From: Balanoglossus misakiensis
Taxonomy: Eukaryota; Animalia; Hemichordata
Direction: 5' to 3'
Assembly: GCA_040954595.2 (NCBI GenBank)
Contig: CM082585.2
Span: forward strand, 5,233,808 to 5,297,807
Length of the DNA: 64,000 bases
In this document: piece after piece, positions 22,501 to 37,500 of the stretch
Layout: each line of letters begins with the position of its first letter
How positions within the stretch are numbered: position 1 is the stretch's first letter
Translations under genes and position numbers: made by a program
Notes under the pieces: model-generated
The model's database searches: none
What the model was told of the DNA's origin: nothing
The model's input: the letters and a program-made list of their open reading frames with translations, nothing else

Positions 22501-25500
22501 TTTTGAAATGCTTGTAGCTTTAAAGAAGACGAGACGATTTTCTTAAAAGCAGATAACTTAGCGACGGAATAAGTGAGATTAAAGGTATACTAGTAAAATT
22601 ATATACTTACAGGGAAGATCTACCCCTGATGTACTTCAAGTTTCTGAACGCTGACAAATCAGCCATTCCGTTTGGAGAGTGAAAAACTGTAAGGTGACCC
22701 GTGATTTCTTCGACATCATTGAAAACTTCTAATTCTTCGTGAGTGACACCAACTAACCCCAAAAATGGGTCTCTGTAAGTAAAATACACATTTTTGATTA
22801 AAATCATGGGTTATAGCCCATGAAAATCATCAAAAAATGACGATTTTCCGAGTTTGCGGATTTTCAAAATTTCCTCATTTTTTGATTAAAATCATGGGTT
22901 ATAGTCCATTAAAATCATCAAAAAATGACGATTTTGCGAGTTTCGATTTTTTAACATTTCGTCATTTTTTGATAAAAATCATGGGTTATAGTTCATGAAA
23001 ATCATCAAAAAATTTTCCGAGTTTGCGGATTTTCAAAATTTCGTCATTTTTTGATAAAATCGTGGGTTGTAGCTCATGAAAATCATCAAAAAATGACGAT
23101 TTTCCGAGTTTGCTAATTTTCAAAATTTCGTCAATTTTTGATAAAAATCATGGGTTATAGCCCATGAAAATCATCAAAAAATGACGATCTTCCGAGTTTC
23201 CGAATTTTTAAAATTTCGTCATTTTTTGATTAAAATCATGGGTTATAGCTCATGAAAATCATCAAAAAATGACGATTTTCCGAGTTTGCGGATTTTCAAA
23301 ATTTCGTCATTTTTTTATAAAATCGTGGGTTATAGCTCATGAAAATCATCAAAAAATGACGATTTTTCGAGTTTGCTAATTTTCAAAATTTCGTCAATTT
23401 TTGATAAAAATTATGGGTTATAGCCCATGAAAATCATCAAAAAATGACGATTTTGCGAGTTTCCGAATTTTTAAAATTTCGTCATTTTTTGATTAAAATC
23501 ATGGGTTATAGCTCATGAAAATCATCAAAAAATGACGATTTTCCGAGTTTGCGGATTTTCAAAATTTCGTCATTTTTTGATAAAATCGTGGGTTATAGCT
23601 CATGAAAATCATCAAAAAATGACGATTTTCCGAGATTGCTAATTTTCTAAATTTCGTCAATTTTTGATAAAAATCATGGGTTATAGCCCATGAAAATCAT
23701 CAAAAAATGACGATTTTGCGAGTTTCCGAATTTTTAAAATTTCGTCATTTTTTGATAAAATCGTGGGTTATAGCTCATGAAAATCATCAAAAAATTACGA
23801 TTTTCCGAGTTTGCTAATTTTCAAAATTTCGTAAATTTTTGATAAAAATCATGGGTTATAGCCCATGAAAATCATCAAAAAATGACGATTTTTCGAGTTT
23901 GCTAATTTTCTAAATTTCGTCAATTTTTGATAAAAATCATGGGTTATAGCCCATGAAAATCATCAAAAAATGACGATTTTGCGAGTTTCCGAATTTTTAA
24001 AATTTCGTCATTTTTTTATTAAAATCATGGGTTATAGCTCATGAAAATCATCACAAAATGACGATTTTCCGAGTTTGCGGATTTTCAAAATTTCGTCATT
24101 TTTTGATAAAATCGTGGGTTATAGCTCATGAAAATCATCAAAAAATTACGATTTTCCGAGTTTGCTAATTTTCTAAATTTCGTCAATTTTTGATAAAAAT
24201 CATGGGTTATAGCCCATGAAAATCATCAAAAAATGACGATTTTGCGAGTTTCCGAATTTTTAAAATTTCGTCAATTTTTGATAAAAATCATGGGTTATAG
24301 CCCATGAAAATCATCAAAAAATGACGATTTTGCGAGTTTGCGGATTTTCAAAATTTCGTCAATTTTTGATTAAAATCATGGGTTATAGCCCATGAAAATC
24401 ATCAAAAAATGACGATTTTGCGAGTTTCCGAATTTTTAAAATTTCGTCATTTTTTTATTAAAATCATGGGTTATAGCTCATGAAAATCATCAAAAAATGA
24501 CGATTTTCCGAGTTTGCTAATTTTCAAAATTTCGTCAATTTTTAATAAAAATCATGGGTTATAGCCCATGAAAATCATCAAAAAATGACGATCTTGCGAG
24601 TTTCCGAATTTTTAAATTTCGTCATTTTTTGATTAAAATCATGGGTTATAGCCCATGAAAATCATCAAAAAATAGCGTCAAGGACACTGTGGTCCCATTT
24701 GAGGATTATGCGGAAACAGTGACACACCAGAATAAAAATTACAGGTGACATTGCAAGCAGATCTGCAAGCAGCATATCGGGCCTAAGCCAACATAGCACA
24801 TAGCAACATAGCAATAAGCATATCTGCTCTGGATGCCAAGATATGGAAAAGTAGGTCAAAGGTCACCTGAGGTTATGCAAAATTTGGGCAAGAAATTTTG
24901 ACCCTATACTGGTCCATGTTCAACAAAAACCAAACCTATAGCCCTATTGGTTAGCCTGGAATTAGGTATGCACATAATTAATGAGATATGCAGGTGTCAC
25001 AGGTGACCCCAAATTTTGGCTTTTCAATTTTAGTCCCAACCCTCCAAACGCCAAGTCTGTACCTGCTCTGGATGCCAAGATATGACAAAGTAGGTCAAAG
25101 GTCACCTGAGGTCATGCAAAATTTGGGCAAGAAATTTTGACCCTATACTGGTCTATGTTCAACAAAAACCAAACCTATAGCCCTATTGGTTAGCCTGGAA
25201 TTAGGTATGCACATAATTAATGAGATATGCAGGTGTCACAGGTGACCCCCCAATTTTGGCTTTTCAATTTTAGTCCCAACCCTCCAAACGCCAAGTCTGT
25301 ACCTGCTCTGGATGCCGAGATATAGGAAAGTAGGTCAAAGGTCACCTGAGGTCACCCAAAATTTGGGCAAGAAATTTTGACCCTATACTGGTCCATGTCC
25401 CATAAGAACGAAACCTCTAGCCCTATTAGTTAGCCCGGAATTAGGTATGCACATAATTAATGTGTTAAGCAGGTGTTACAGGTGAGCCCAAAATTTTGCC

Positions 25501-28500
25501 TTTTATTTTGGCCCCATTGTGCTCACTGACCAATAGACAGTCACTGTACAGGACTATTGCACAGACCAGAATTCCACAATAAGACGTGGACATAGCTTAA
25601 CCATAGAGGTATAAGTAAAGGTATAAATTTAATAAAAAGACTAAAAAATTCATAAAAAATAAAACATCGATGATATTGACTTAACACTTACAGGTCGATG
25701 TGAGGTTGACATAAGGTACATGCATACCAATTTTTAAAGCAATCTGACGAGTAGTTGTTGACTTTCAGAGTTTTGATAAATTTCACATTTTCCCAGCTAA
25801 TTTGCATATTTTTGGGCCTGGCAACTTCGTTTGGACAAACTCCCATCTACAGCCCAGCCTGCACCTACACACCAAATATTGAGGTGATACGCGCAGCGGT
25901 TTTCAAGTTTTTGATGTGGACGGACATACAGACATACATCCATACATCCATACATCCATACATCCATACATCCATCCATCCATACATACATACAGACGCA
26001 ACCGATCCCATAAGGTCCCATGGTATATATGCCTATACCAATGGGACCTAAAAATGACGATTATCCGAGTTTTGTGGATTTTCAAAATTTCGTCTTTTTT
26101 TGATTAAAATCATGGGTTATAGCCCATGAAAATCATCAAAAAATGACAATTTTTCGAGTTTGCGGATTTTCAAAATTTCGTCATATTTTGATAAAATAGT
26201 TGGTTATAGCTCATGAAAATCATCAAAATATGACGATTTTCCGAGTTTGCTAATTTTCTAAATTTCGTCAATTTTTGATAAAAATCATGGGTTATAGCTC
26301 ATGAAAATCATCAAAAAATGACGATTTTCCGAGTTTGCGAATTTTCAAAATTTCGTCATTTTTTGATAAAATCGTGGGTTATAGCTCATGAAAATCATCA
26401 AAAAATTACGATTTTCCGAGTTTGCTAATTTTCTAAATTTCGTCAATTTTTGATAAAAATCATGGGTTATAGCCCATGAAAATCATCAAAAAATGACGAT
26501 TTTGCGAGTTTCCGAATTTTTAAAATTTCGTCAATTTTTGATAAAAATCATGGGTTATAGCCCATGAAAATCATCAAAAAATGACGATTTTGCGAGTTTG
26601 CGGATTTTCAAAATTTCGTCAATTTTTGAATAAAATCATGGGTTATAGCCCATGAAAATCATCAAAAAATGACGATTTTGCGAGTTTCCGAATTTTTAAA
26701 ATTTCGTCATTTTTTTATTAAAATCATGGGTTATAGCTCATGAAAATCATCAAAAAATGACGATTTTCCGAGTTTGCGGATTTTCAAAATTTCGTCAATT
26801 TTTAATAAAAATCATGGGTTATAGCCCATGAAAATCATCAAAAAAATGACGATTTTGCGAGTTTCCGAATTTTTAAAATTTCGTCATTTTTTTATTAAAA
26901 TCATGGGTTATAGCCCATGAAAATCATCAAAAAATGACGATTTTGCGAGTTTGCTAATTTTCAAAATTTCGTCAATTTTTGATAAAAATCATGGGTTATA
27001 GCCCATGAAAATCATCAAAAAATGACGATTTTGCGAGTTTCCGAATTTTTAAAATTTCGTCATTTTTTGATTAAAATCATGGGTTATAGCTCATGAAAAT
27101 CATCAAAAAATGACGATTTTCCGAGTTTTGTGGATTTTCAAAATTTCGTCTTTTTTTGATAAAATCGTGGGTTATAGCTCATGAAAATCATCAAAAAATG
27201 ACAATTTTTCGAGTTTGCGGATTTTCAAAATTTCGTCATTTTTTGATAAAATCGTGGGTTATAGCTCATGAAAATCATCAAAAAATTACGATTTTCCGAG
27301 TTTGCTAATTTTCTAAATTTCGTCAATTTTTGATAAAATCATGGGTTATAGCCCATGAAAATCATCAAAAAATGACGATTTTTCGAGTTTGCTAATTTTC
27401 AAAATTTCGTCAATTTTTGATAAAAATCATGGGTTATAGCTCATGAAAATCATCAAAAAATGACGATTTTCCGAGTTTGCTAATTTTCAAAATTTCGTCA
27501 ATTTTTAATAAAAATCATGGGTTATAGCCCATGAAAATCATCAAAAAATGACGATCTTGCGAGTTTCCGAATTTTTAAAATTTCGTCATTTTTTGATTAA
27601 AATCATGGGTTATAGCCCATGAAAATCATCAAAAAATGACGATTTTGCGAGTTTCCGAATTTTTAAAATTTCGTCATTTTTTGATTAAAATCATGGGTTA
27701 TAGCTCATGAAAATCATCAAAAAATTACGATTTTCCGAGTTTGCTAATTTTCTAAATTTCGTCAATTTTTGATAAAAATCATGGGTTATAGCCCATGAAA
27801 ATCATCAAAAAATGACGATTTTGCGAGTTTCCGAATTTTTAAAATTTCGTCAATTTTTGATAAAAATCATGGGTTATAGCCCATGAAAATCATCAAAAAA
27901 TGACGATTTTGCGAGTTTGCGGATTTTCAAAATTTCGTCAATTTTTGATTAAAATCATGGGTTATAGCCCATGAAAATCATCAAAAAATGACAATTTTGC
28001 GAGTTTCCGAATTTTTAAAATTTCGTCATTTTTTTATTAAAATCATGGGTTATAGCTCATGAAAATCATCAAAAAATGACGATTTTCCGAGTTTGCTAAT
28101 TTTCAAAATTTCGTCAATTTTTCATAAAAATCATGGGTTATAGCCCATGAAAATCATCAAAAAATGACGATCTTGCGAGTTTCCGAATTTTTTAAATTTC
28201 GTCATTTTTTTATTAAAATCATGGGTTATAGCCCATGAAAATCATCAAAAAATGACGATTTTGCGAGTTTGCTAATTTTCAAAATTTCGTCAATTTTTGA
28301 TAAAAATCATGGGTTATAGCCCATGAAAATCATCAAAAAATGACGATTTTGCGAGTTTCCGAATTTTTAAAATTTCGTCATTTTTTGATTAAAATCATGG
28401 GTTAAAGCTCATGAAAATCATCAAAAAATGACGATTTTCCGAGTTTTGTGGATTTTCAAAATTTCGTCTTTTTTTGATAAAATCGTGGGTTATAGCTCAT

Positions 28501-31500
28501 GAAAATCATCAAAAAATGACAATTTTTCGAGTTTTCGGATTTTCAAAATTTCGTCAATTTTTGATAAAAATCATGGGTTATAGCTCATGAAAATCATCAA
28601 AAAATGACGATTTTGCGAGTTTGCTAATATTCAAAATTTCGTCAATTTTTAATAAAAATCATGGGTTATAGCCCATGAAAATCATCAAAAAATGACGATC
28701 TTGCGAGTTTCCGAATTTTTAAAATTTCGTCATTTTTTGATTAAAATCATGGGTTATAGCCCATGAAAATCATCAAAAAATGACGATTTTGCAAGTTTCC
28801 GAATTTTTAAAATTTCGTCATTTTTTGATTAAAATCATGGGTTATAGCTCATGAAAATCATCAAAAAATTACGATTTTCCGAGTTTGCTAATTTTCTAAA
28901 TTTCGTCAATTTTTGATAAAAATCATGGGTTATAGCCCATGAAAATCATCAAAAAATGACGATTTTGCGAGTTTCCGAATTTTTAAAATTTCGTCAATTT
29001 TTGATAAAAATCATGGGTTATAGCCCATGAAAATCATCAAAAAATGACGATTTTGCGAGTTTGCGGATTTTCAAAATTTCGTCAATTTTTGATTAAAATC
29101 ATGGGTTATAGCCCATGAAAATCATCAAAAAATGACGATTTTCCGAGTTTGCTAATTTTCAAAATTTCGTCAATTTTTAATAAAAATCATGGGTTATAGC
29201 CCATGAAAATCATCAAAAAATGACGATCTTGCGAGTTTCCGAATTTTTAAAATTTCGTCATTTTTTGATTAAAATCATGGGTTATAGCCCATGAAAATCA
29301 TCAAAAAATGACGATTTTGCGAGTTTCCGAATTTTTAAAATTTCGTCATTTTTTGATTAAAATCATGGGTTATAGCCCATGAAAATCATCAAAAAATGAC
29401 GATTTTGCGAGTTTCCGAATTTTTAAAATTTCGTCATTTTTTGATTAAAATCATGGGTTATAGCTCATGAAAATCATCAAAAAATGACGATTTTCCGAGT
29501 TTTGTGGATTTTCAAAATTTCGTCTTTTTTTGATAAAATCGTGGGTTATAGCTCATGAAAATCATCAAAAAATGACGATTTTTCGAGTTTGCTAATTTTC
29601 AAAATTTCGTCAATTTTTGATAAAAATCATGGGTTATAGCCCATGAAAATCATCAAAAAATGACGATTTTGCGAGTTTGCGGATTTTTAAAATTTCGTCA
29701 TTTTTTGATAAAATCGTGGGTTATAGCTCATGAAAATCATCAAAAAATGACGATTTTCCGAGTTTGCTAATTTTCAAAATTTCGTCAATTTTTAATAAAA
29801 ATCATGGGTTATAGCCCATGACAATCATCAAAAAATGACGATTTTCCAAGTTTGCGGATTTTCAAAATTTCGTCTTTTTTTGATAAAATCGTGGGTTATA
29901 GCTCATGAAAATCATCAAAAAATGACGATTTTTCGAGTTTGCTAATTTTCAAAATTTCGTCAATTTTTGATAAAAATCATGGGTTATAGCCCATGAAAAT
30001 CATCAAAAAATGACGATTTTGCGAGTTTCCGAATTTTTAAAATTTCGTCATTTTTTGATTAAAATCATGGGTTATAGCTCATGAAAATCATCAAAAAATG
30101 ACGATTTTCCGAGTTTGCTAATTTTCTAAATTTCGTCATTTTTTGATTAAAATCATGGGTTATAGCTCATGAAAATCATCAAAAAATGACGATTTTCCGA
30201 GTTTGCTAATTTTTAAAATTTCGTCAATTTTTAATAAAAATCATGGGTTATAGCCCATGAAAATCATCAAAAAATGACGATCTTGCGAGTTTCCGAATTT
30301 TTAAAATTTCGTCATTTTTTTATTAAAGTCATGGGTTATAGCCCATGAAAATCATCAAAAAATGACGATTTTGCGAGTTTCCGAATTTATAAAATTTCGT
30401 CATTTTTTGATTAAAATCATGGGTTATAGCTCATGAAAATCATCAAAAAATGACGATTTTCCGAGTTTGCGGATTTTTCTAAAATTTCGTCATTTTTTTA
30501 TAAAATCGTGGGTTATAGCTCATGAAAATCATCAAAAAATGACGATTTTTCGAGTTTGCTAATTTTCAAAATTTCGTCAATTTTTGATAAAAAAACATGG
30601 GTTATAGCCCATGAAAATCATCAAAAAATGACGATTTTGCGGGTTTCCGAATTTTTAAAATTTCGTCATTTTTTGATTAAAATCATGGGTTATAGCCCAT
30701 GAAAATCATCAAAAAATGACGATTTTGCGAGTTTCCGAATTTTTGAAATTTCGTCATTTTTTGATAAAAATCATGGGTTATAGCCCATGAAAATCATCAA
30801 AAAATGACGATCTTGCCAGTTTCCGAATTTTTAAAATTTCGTCATTTTTTGATTAAAATCATGGGTTATAGCTCATGAAAATCCTAAAAAAATGACGATT
30901 TTCCGAGTTTGCGGATTTTCAAAATTTCGTCATTTTTTGATAAAATCGTGGGTTATAGCTCATGAAAATCATCAAAAAATGACGATTTTTCGAGTTTGCT
31001 AATTTTCAAAATTTCATCATTTTTTGATTAAAATCATGGGTTATAGCCCATGAAAATCATCAAAAAATGACGATTTTGCGAGTTTCCGAATTTTTAAAAT
31101 TTCGTCATTTTTTGATTAAAATCATGGGTTATAGCTCATGAAAATCATCAAAAAATGACGATTTTCCGAGTTTGCTAATTTACAAAATTTCGTCAATTTT
31201 TGATAAAAATCATGGGTTATAGCCCATGAAAATCATCAAAAAATGACGATTTTGCGGGTTTCCGAATTTTCAAAATTTCGTCATTTTTTGATAAAATCGT
31301 GGGTTATAGCTCATGAAAATCATCAAAAAATGACGATTTTCCGAGTTTGCTAATTTTCAAAATTTCGTCAATTTTTGATAAAAATCATGGGTTATAGCCC
31401 ATGAAAATCATCAAAAAATGACGATTTTGCGAGTTTCCGAATTTTTAAAATTTCGTCATTTTTTTATTAAAATCATGGGTTATAGCCCATGAAAATCATC

Positions 31501-34500
31501 AAAAAATGACGATTTTCCGAGTTTGCTAATTTTCAAAATTTCGTCAATTTTTGATAAAAATCATGGGTTATAGCCCATGAAAATCATCAAAAAATGACGA
31601 TTTTCCGAGTTTGCTAATTTTCAAAATTTCGTCAATTTTTGATAAAAATCATGGGTTATAGCCCATGAAAATCATCAAAAAATGACGATTTTGCGAGTTT
31701 CCGAATTTTTAAAATTTCGTCATTTTTTTATTAAAATCATGGGTTATAGCCCATGAAAATCATCAAAAAATGACGATTTTCCGAGTTTGCTAATTTTCAA
31801 AATTTCGTCAATTTTTGATAAAAATCATGGGTTATAGCCCATGAAAATCATCAAAAAATGACGATTTTCCGAGTTTGCTAATTTTCAAAATTTCGTCAAT
31901 TTTTGATAAAAATCATGGGTTATAGCCCATGAAAATCATCAAAAAATGACGATTTTGCAAGTTTCCGAATTTTTAAAATTTCGTCATTTTTTTATTAAAA
32001 TCATGGGTTATAGCCCATGAAAATCATCAAAAAATGACGATTTTCCGAGTTTGCTAATTTTCAAAATGTATGTATGTATGTATGTATGTATGTATGTATG
32101 TATGTATGTATGTATGTATGTATGTATGTATGTATGTATGTATGTATGTATGTATGTCTGTATGTATGTTTGTATGTATGTATGTATGTATGTATGTATG
32201 TATGTATGTTTGTATGTATGTATGTATGTATGTATGTATGTATGTATGTATGTATGTATGTATGTATGTATGTATGTGTGTATGTATGTATGTATGTATG
32301 TATGTATGTATGTATGTATGTATGTATGTATGTATGTATGTATGTATGTATGTATGTATGTATGTATGTATGTATTTATGTATGTATGTATGTATGTATG
32401 TATGTATGTATGTATGTGTGTATGTATGTATGTATGTATGTATGTATGTATGTATGTGTGTATGTATGTATGTATGTATGTATGTATGTATGTATGTATG
32501 TATGTATGTATGTATGTATGTATGTATGTATGTATGTATGTATGTATGTATGTATGTATGTATGTATGTATGTATGTATGTATGTATTTATGTATGTATG
32601 TATGTATGTATGTATGTATGTATGCGTGTGTGTTTGTGTGTGTGTGGAGGGGGGGGTGTGTGAATGGAGTTTTAACCTTGCAGGACATTATTTTAATGAT
32701 CGGCCATCTCAACTTTCTTTGTCATCACAAAATCGAGGTTCATTTTCATTACACCACTTTGCGTCTGTCTGCCAATCTATTAAGCCAACCATGATTGGCG
32801 CAGAAATATTTCTTACCCGTCGAAGGTGCCCGGTTGCATGACAATGCTCCCATCAATAATGGTGCAGTTCTTAAATAACCCAATGGTACGTTCATCTATG
32901 TACATGTAGTCTTGCCCCTGGAAGGCCGGATTTCCGATACCAGGACATGCTGAAACCAAAATTTATTTTTCGAAAAGATAATGTCGGACTATGAGGAAAA
33001 CCCAGCTACATATGAAGTTTCGTTGATTCCTGTAGTCAAAACATGATGAAACTGGTGCACCAGTTCGGTTAAAGAAACGTGTATTTTAAATATATGCGGT
33101 TTTCTGGGATTTCCCTCTGCTATGAGTTAATGTCTATACGAACGTCTTCAGACTTAGCATGTTGCCTGCACTGCAGAATAGAATACAAGCTGGGATAAAA
33201 TGTTGTCGGCCAGTACGGACTATTATATTTGCAATAAAAACTTAAGACTACCCGTGGCGGCGCTGCATATGTTCACTTACATTTTGGACAACGGCCATCA
33301 CAGACTTGGCAACTGCCCTCAACGGCCACTTTGCCTGATGAACAAGTTGTGACGCACTCCCCGTCATCTTCTAACAAGTTCGCTGGATGGTAAATATCAA
33401 AAGCCATAGAAATAGACATTGTAGTAGAATATATTGATGAAATCTATTACCCCATTTCGTAAAATTGAACCAATAATTTTTAGCACATTGTCCCTTTGAA
33501 GTCTTTACTAATGACTGTCGTTTGTTGTTGTTACTAGTAATATGAATGTCTTCCAAAACTTTCCATGTCACAATTTTTTTGAAATAGTTTACCTGGACAG
33601 GCATGTAGACAGACTCCCTGATAGGAAACCAATTGATTAGCATCACGCAAATCCTCGTCGGAGCATTGTTGAACGCACTGCCCGTCCCTATCGAGGTTTC
33701 GACATGCCTAAAGTAAAGAAAGTAAAACGGATTCGTCGCACAATTCAGTGATATAACATACCTTGCAACTTTTAGATAAGTCAGATGATTTCATTGGGTT
33801 TGTTTTGTTGTCTTTATATCGTGACGTTCGCCATTTAGGCACACTTCTTCTCCGTAATGTCTTTCTGTAATCTTATTATCGAGCGGTGAAGGGGTCACTT
33901 ACAAGACAGTCACTGTTTTCCGGCCCGGTACATCCTGCAATGCATTCTGGGTGACAGCAGTCACGGCGTCGGGAACCATGGCAACGATTGTCACACTTGG
34001 CGTGACATATTGTCTTGCTCACTGAAATTTTCGTGATTAGAAATAAAAACAAGAATATGTTACCTTCAAGCTGACATTTAAATTGACGAAGACATCTGCG
34101 GCAATAATTTTAAACTTATAGTCATTCGCTTACGACGAGGTCATAAAAAACGAATCATCATGCTAAGACAAATCGGTAGACAGAATAGCAAGAGCCCTTC
34201 CATAATGCATGTATCGTTCTCCGTCACTGGTGGTACACGTGTCTTTTTTGGTTCAAAGCACGTCTTTATACTCACAAGTTTGGCATCGTTCTTTTGTCCA
34301 GCAGTGTCCGTTGCACTCTTCCTCACAACCGTCACCTATCCTCAAATAAATCACAAATTAATATTTTAACTTGAATACATTACAGAAACCGCCAGTTACA
34401 TTACTTCATAAACATTTACTAAAATTTATCATTTGTATTCGATATTATATTTTATAAAGAAAACAAACTTCTGTAAAGAACATCCATATCATTATTTCTC

Positions 34501-37500
34501 GGTTAAAAACAGAATATGGCGTCTCCCGATTGCAATAATATAGTCTCCACTGGGGAAAAAACGGGGTGGAGTTGATTCTATGGCAATTATCAAACAATTA
34601 ACAAGTATATTTCATAAAGTTAACCTTTCACAAATACTTCACTGAATGCTTTTCATGATATTCAACTTCATTTGACCAAAAGCTTACCGTCCCCGATATT
34701 TCAACTGTTGGTCATCATGTTATATTTGGTCATTCATATAATCCCGTTTTCAGCTGGGAACTACTAGTTTTAGTGGCTATAGGCCCTACTGACAGAATGC
34801 TCAAAACAACCGAATAAGGGCCCATCTCCCCCGTGTTCAGGTTTCATGTACAATTTCGTAGGAATTCCTGAGAAAAAATGATGTGAAATACAACCGTACA
34901 TGTGATTGGTGTAGTATGTTGGCAAATCAGTTCCTGTGATGACGTGTCTATCATGTCCTCCCATTGGATGGTATCCACGTGACACAGATCTCTATTACCG
35001 GACACGTTGACATTCCCCATCGCAATTTCTGGAGTTAGGAAAATAGACAATGGAATATTCCAGTTAGAATACATGGTTAACACAGTCATTGCGTGACTGC
35101 ACAGATAGAAAAAAATCAGGAAGATAATATTTGTCTTATTTTGTCAGTCGGTGTACAATAATGTATGTGTACTGTGAATGTTTTAGTTGCAAGGATTTAA
35201 ATGAATTCAAAAAATCCAATACCAAACACAAAGAAACTGAAAGAAAAACGAAACTCGCGAAAAAGAAAACTCACAAAAAATATACCGAAAATATATTCAG
35301 CAGTTACAGCTAGGGTCCCTTTAAAGTGCGTAGCTCGTCTCACGCGCATGCGCGTAACTTCCCAGCAAACTTTCCGTTCGATGCATTCAAATGGTGGACT
35401 GCCTTCGCTTCCTTCCATAATTCATGCGCACCGTATAAGTAGATTCTGGTTTTGTTCATCCTTTTCACCCAAGCTAGTGTCTTTTCCCGATCTCCGACAC
35501 AGATTATGGTCGCCGCCATCTTGTGTGAGCACTGCCTTATGGGATTGACTGTTCACTAAACGTCTGTAACCAGCGGCTACAGTTGGAACATGCGTGTGAG
35601 ACGAGCTACGCGCTTTAACCCTATGCAGAGCAATAAGAAAATGGTTATAACTCACCTTTAAGCGAATAGAGAGGCAATTCTCTGAGGCCTACACCTGGCT
35701 GTGCAGTGTCGTAATTCAACACGACAAGAAGGGCATTGTTGTTCCAAAATCTCTCCTGTCCACGAATCACTCGTAAATTAGTCAAGGGAACCACGGGAAC
35801 AACATTCACGGCGATCAGGACGTATCCACTCACTTCCTGGATGCTTTCCAGGAAAGACAGATCCATGCTTGGGTCGTTCAAACCCACGATTTCCAAGTTT
35901 CCGTCCACATGTGTACACCCTTCGTATGTGTACCGCAGACGCTCGTAGTGTACGCTGTTATCTTCAAGTATGGAAAGACCGTTGTTGGTTCCACTGCATA
36001 CTTGAATATACAAAGAATAATTAAAATAGACACACGGTTTACTAATTTAAGTGGAAATTCGGTTATCCATGACCAGGTCCAAGATGGTGAATCTTTATTA
36101 CTGCCGAACCAAAATCCAATGTTATTCATAACCATTTTCAGACTGGAGTATAAACAGTGTCTTGTACCAAACATAATTAAGGGGAAAAGGGCAGCGAGAG
36201 ACAGACTTTGTCCCTTTAATGGAAGGCTACAGAAGCAAAAGTCACTGCACTATTTGACTTTGTCCTTTACAAACTCATGAGTAATACCTCTCTTTTTACG
36301 TCCATGGTAATACGAAGGTCTCCGGATATGAGAAAAACACATAAGTACTAAAGGTGAAGGACTTCACTCCCCCGCCCGTTCGTGTTTGCCTGTCAACTTC
36401 GAGAAACATATATACTTTTCCGGAACTGTCTGATAATGTTATAACTGTAGTGACATCAGATGAGTAGGGAGTCGTATAATTTATTGGTGTCGGCATGTGG
36501 ATGAGGTTGGCGATAACCCTGACCCTCAAAAGTCAAAGGTCATAATGAATTGCCGCCCTTGCATGAACCACATGCAATCACGTAGACATTCAATCGGGGA
36601 TCTGGTTACGGGACTCAACACATCACAGAAACTTTAGACATTGTTCTAGTGTTATGGGGAAAGTTACGAACAGGTTGTAAGGTCACATTTAGTTACCAGA
36701 TAAATTAAAGATTTCGGCCGAGTTGTAAATTGGCAAAAACACGCCACATTTCATATCACGTGCCGTATCCACATTCAGGGGCGGCAGAAAACAAAGAAAA
36801 CGTTAGTCTGGTTCCCTGCCCCAATCCCACCGCTGGCTGCGCTACGCTAAAGGGAAAGGGTCAGGCACGGCCAATTGTAAACATGGCTCTCATTGGTCAA
36901 TACATACGAACATTAAGTTGTTAAGTTGATATGTTTTTGTAAGATACTCATTTCCCGTTCTCTCCTTCACCTCCATTAATGTTTATCATTCGATTTCCAA
37001 CTTTACAACAAACGAAACAAAATAAACTGCCTGGATGAATCTTGACTGGCGTACGGACATTGGAGGCATCCATCTTGTTTATGATCACGTGGTTTATGAT
37101 TTCACACCCAGGTTTCTGGGTGTGAAATCGGGCCGTACCTGACCCCTTTCCCCTTAGCGTAGCGCAGCCAGCGGTGGGATTGGGGCAGGGAACCAGACTA
37201 AGAAAACGTGTAACAGTGAAGTTTGGGGCAAAGGTCACGTGGCATTTGCTTTCTACATTGTTTGTGTCGTGGTTCTTATCGCGACTCTACGCTCCTGTCG
37301 GATATGTTGTTTATATGTCAGTTGTTATCAGCAGAAATCAGAAACCGGTGAAGATTAGGTCATGCGTGTATTCGTAAGGAAGGCACGTACACCGTCTACG
37401 GGGTGTGCCCAACTCCATCGTGTACTTAGGTACGCGTATACGACGAGAAAGCATCTCACAATGGATACATGTGGATATATAGTTAATCAACTTTCAACCA

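Noticed and set aside
22789-32066. CRISPR-like array (palindromic repeat with a variable segment)
   Set aside because: The variable part is a few recurring point variants rather than unique spacers, the context is a eukaryotic intron, and there are no cas genes. It is a satellite.
32008-32841. Long MYVC/HTYI ORFs (also 15032-15426 and 25755-26107)
   Set aside because: Translations of (TGTA)n/(CATA)n microsatellites. Only 15346-15541 is a real exon.
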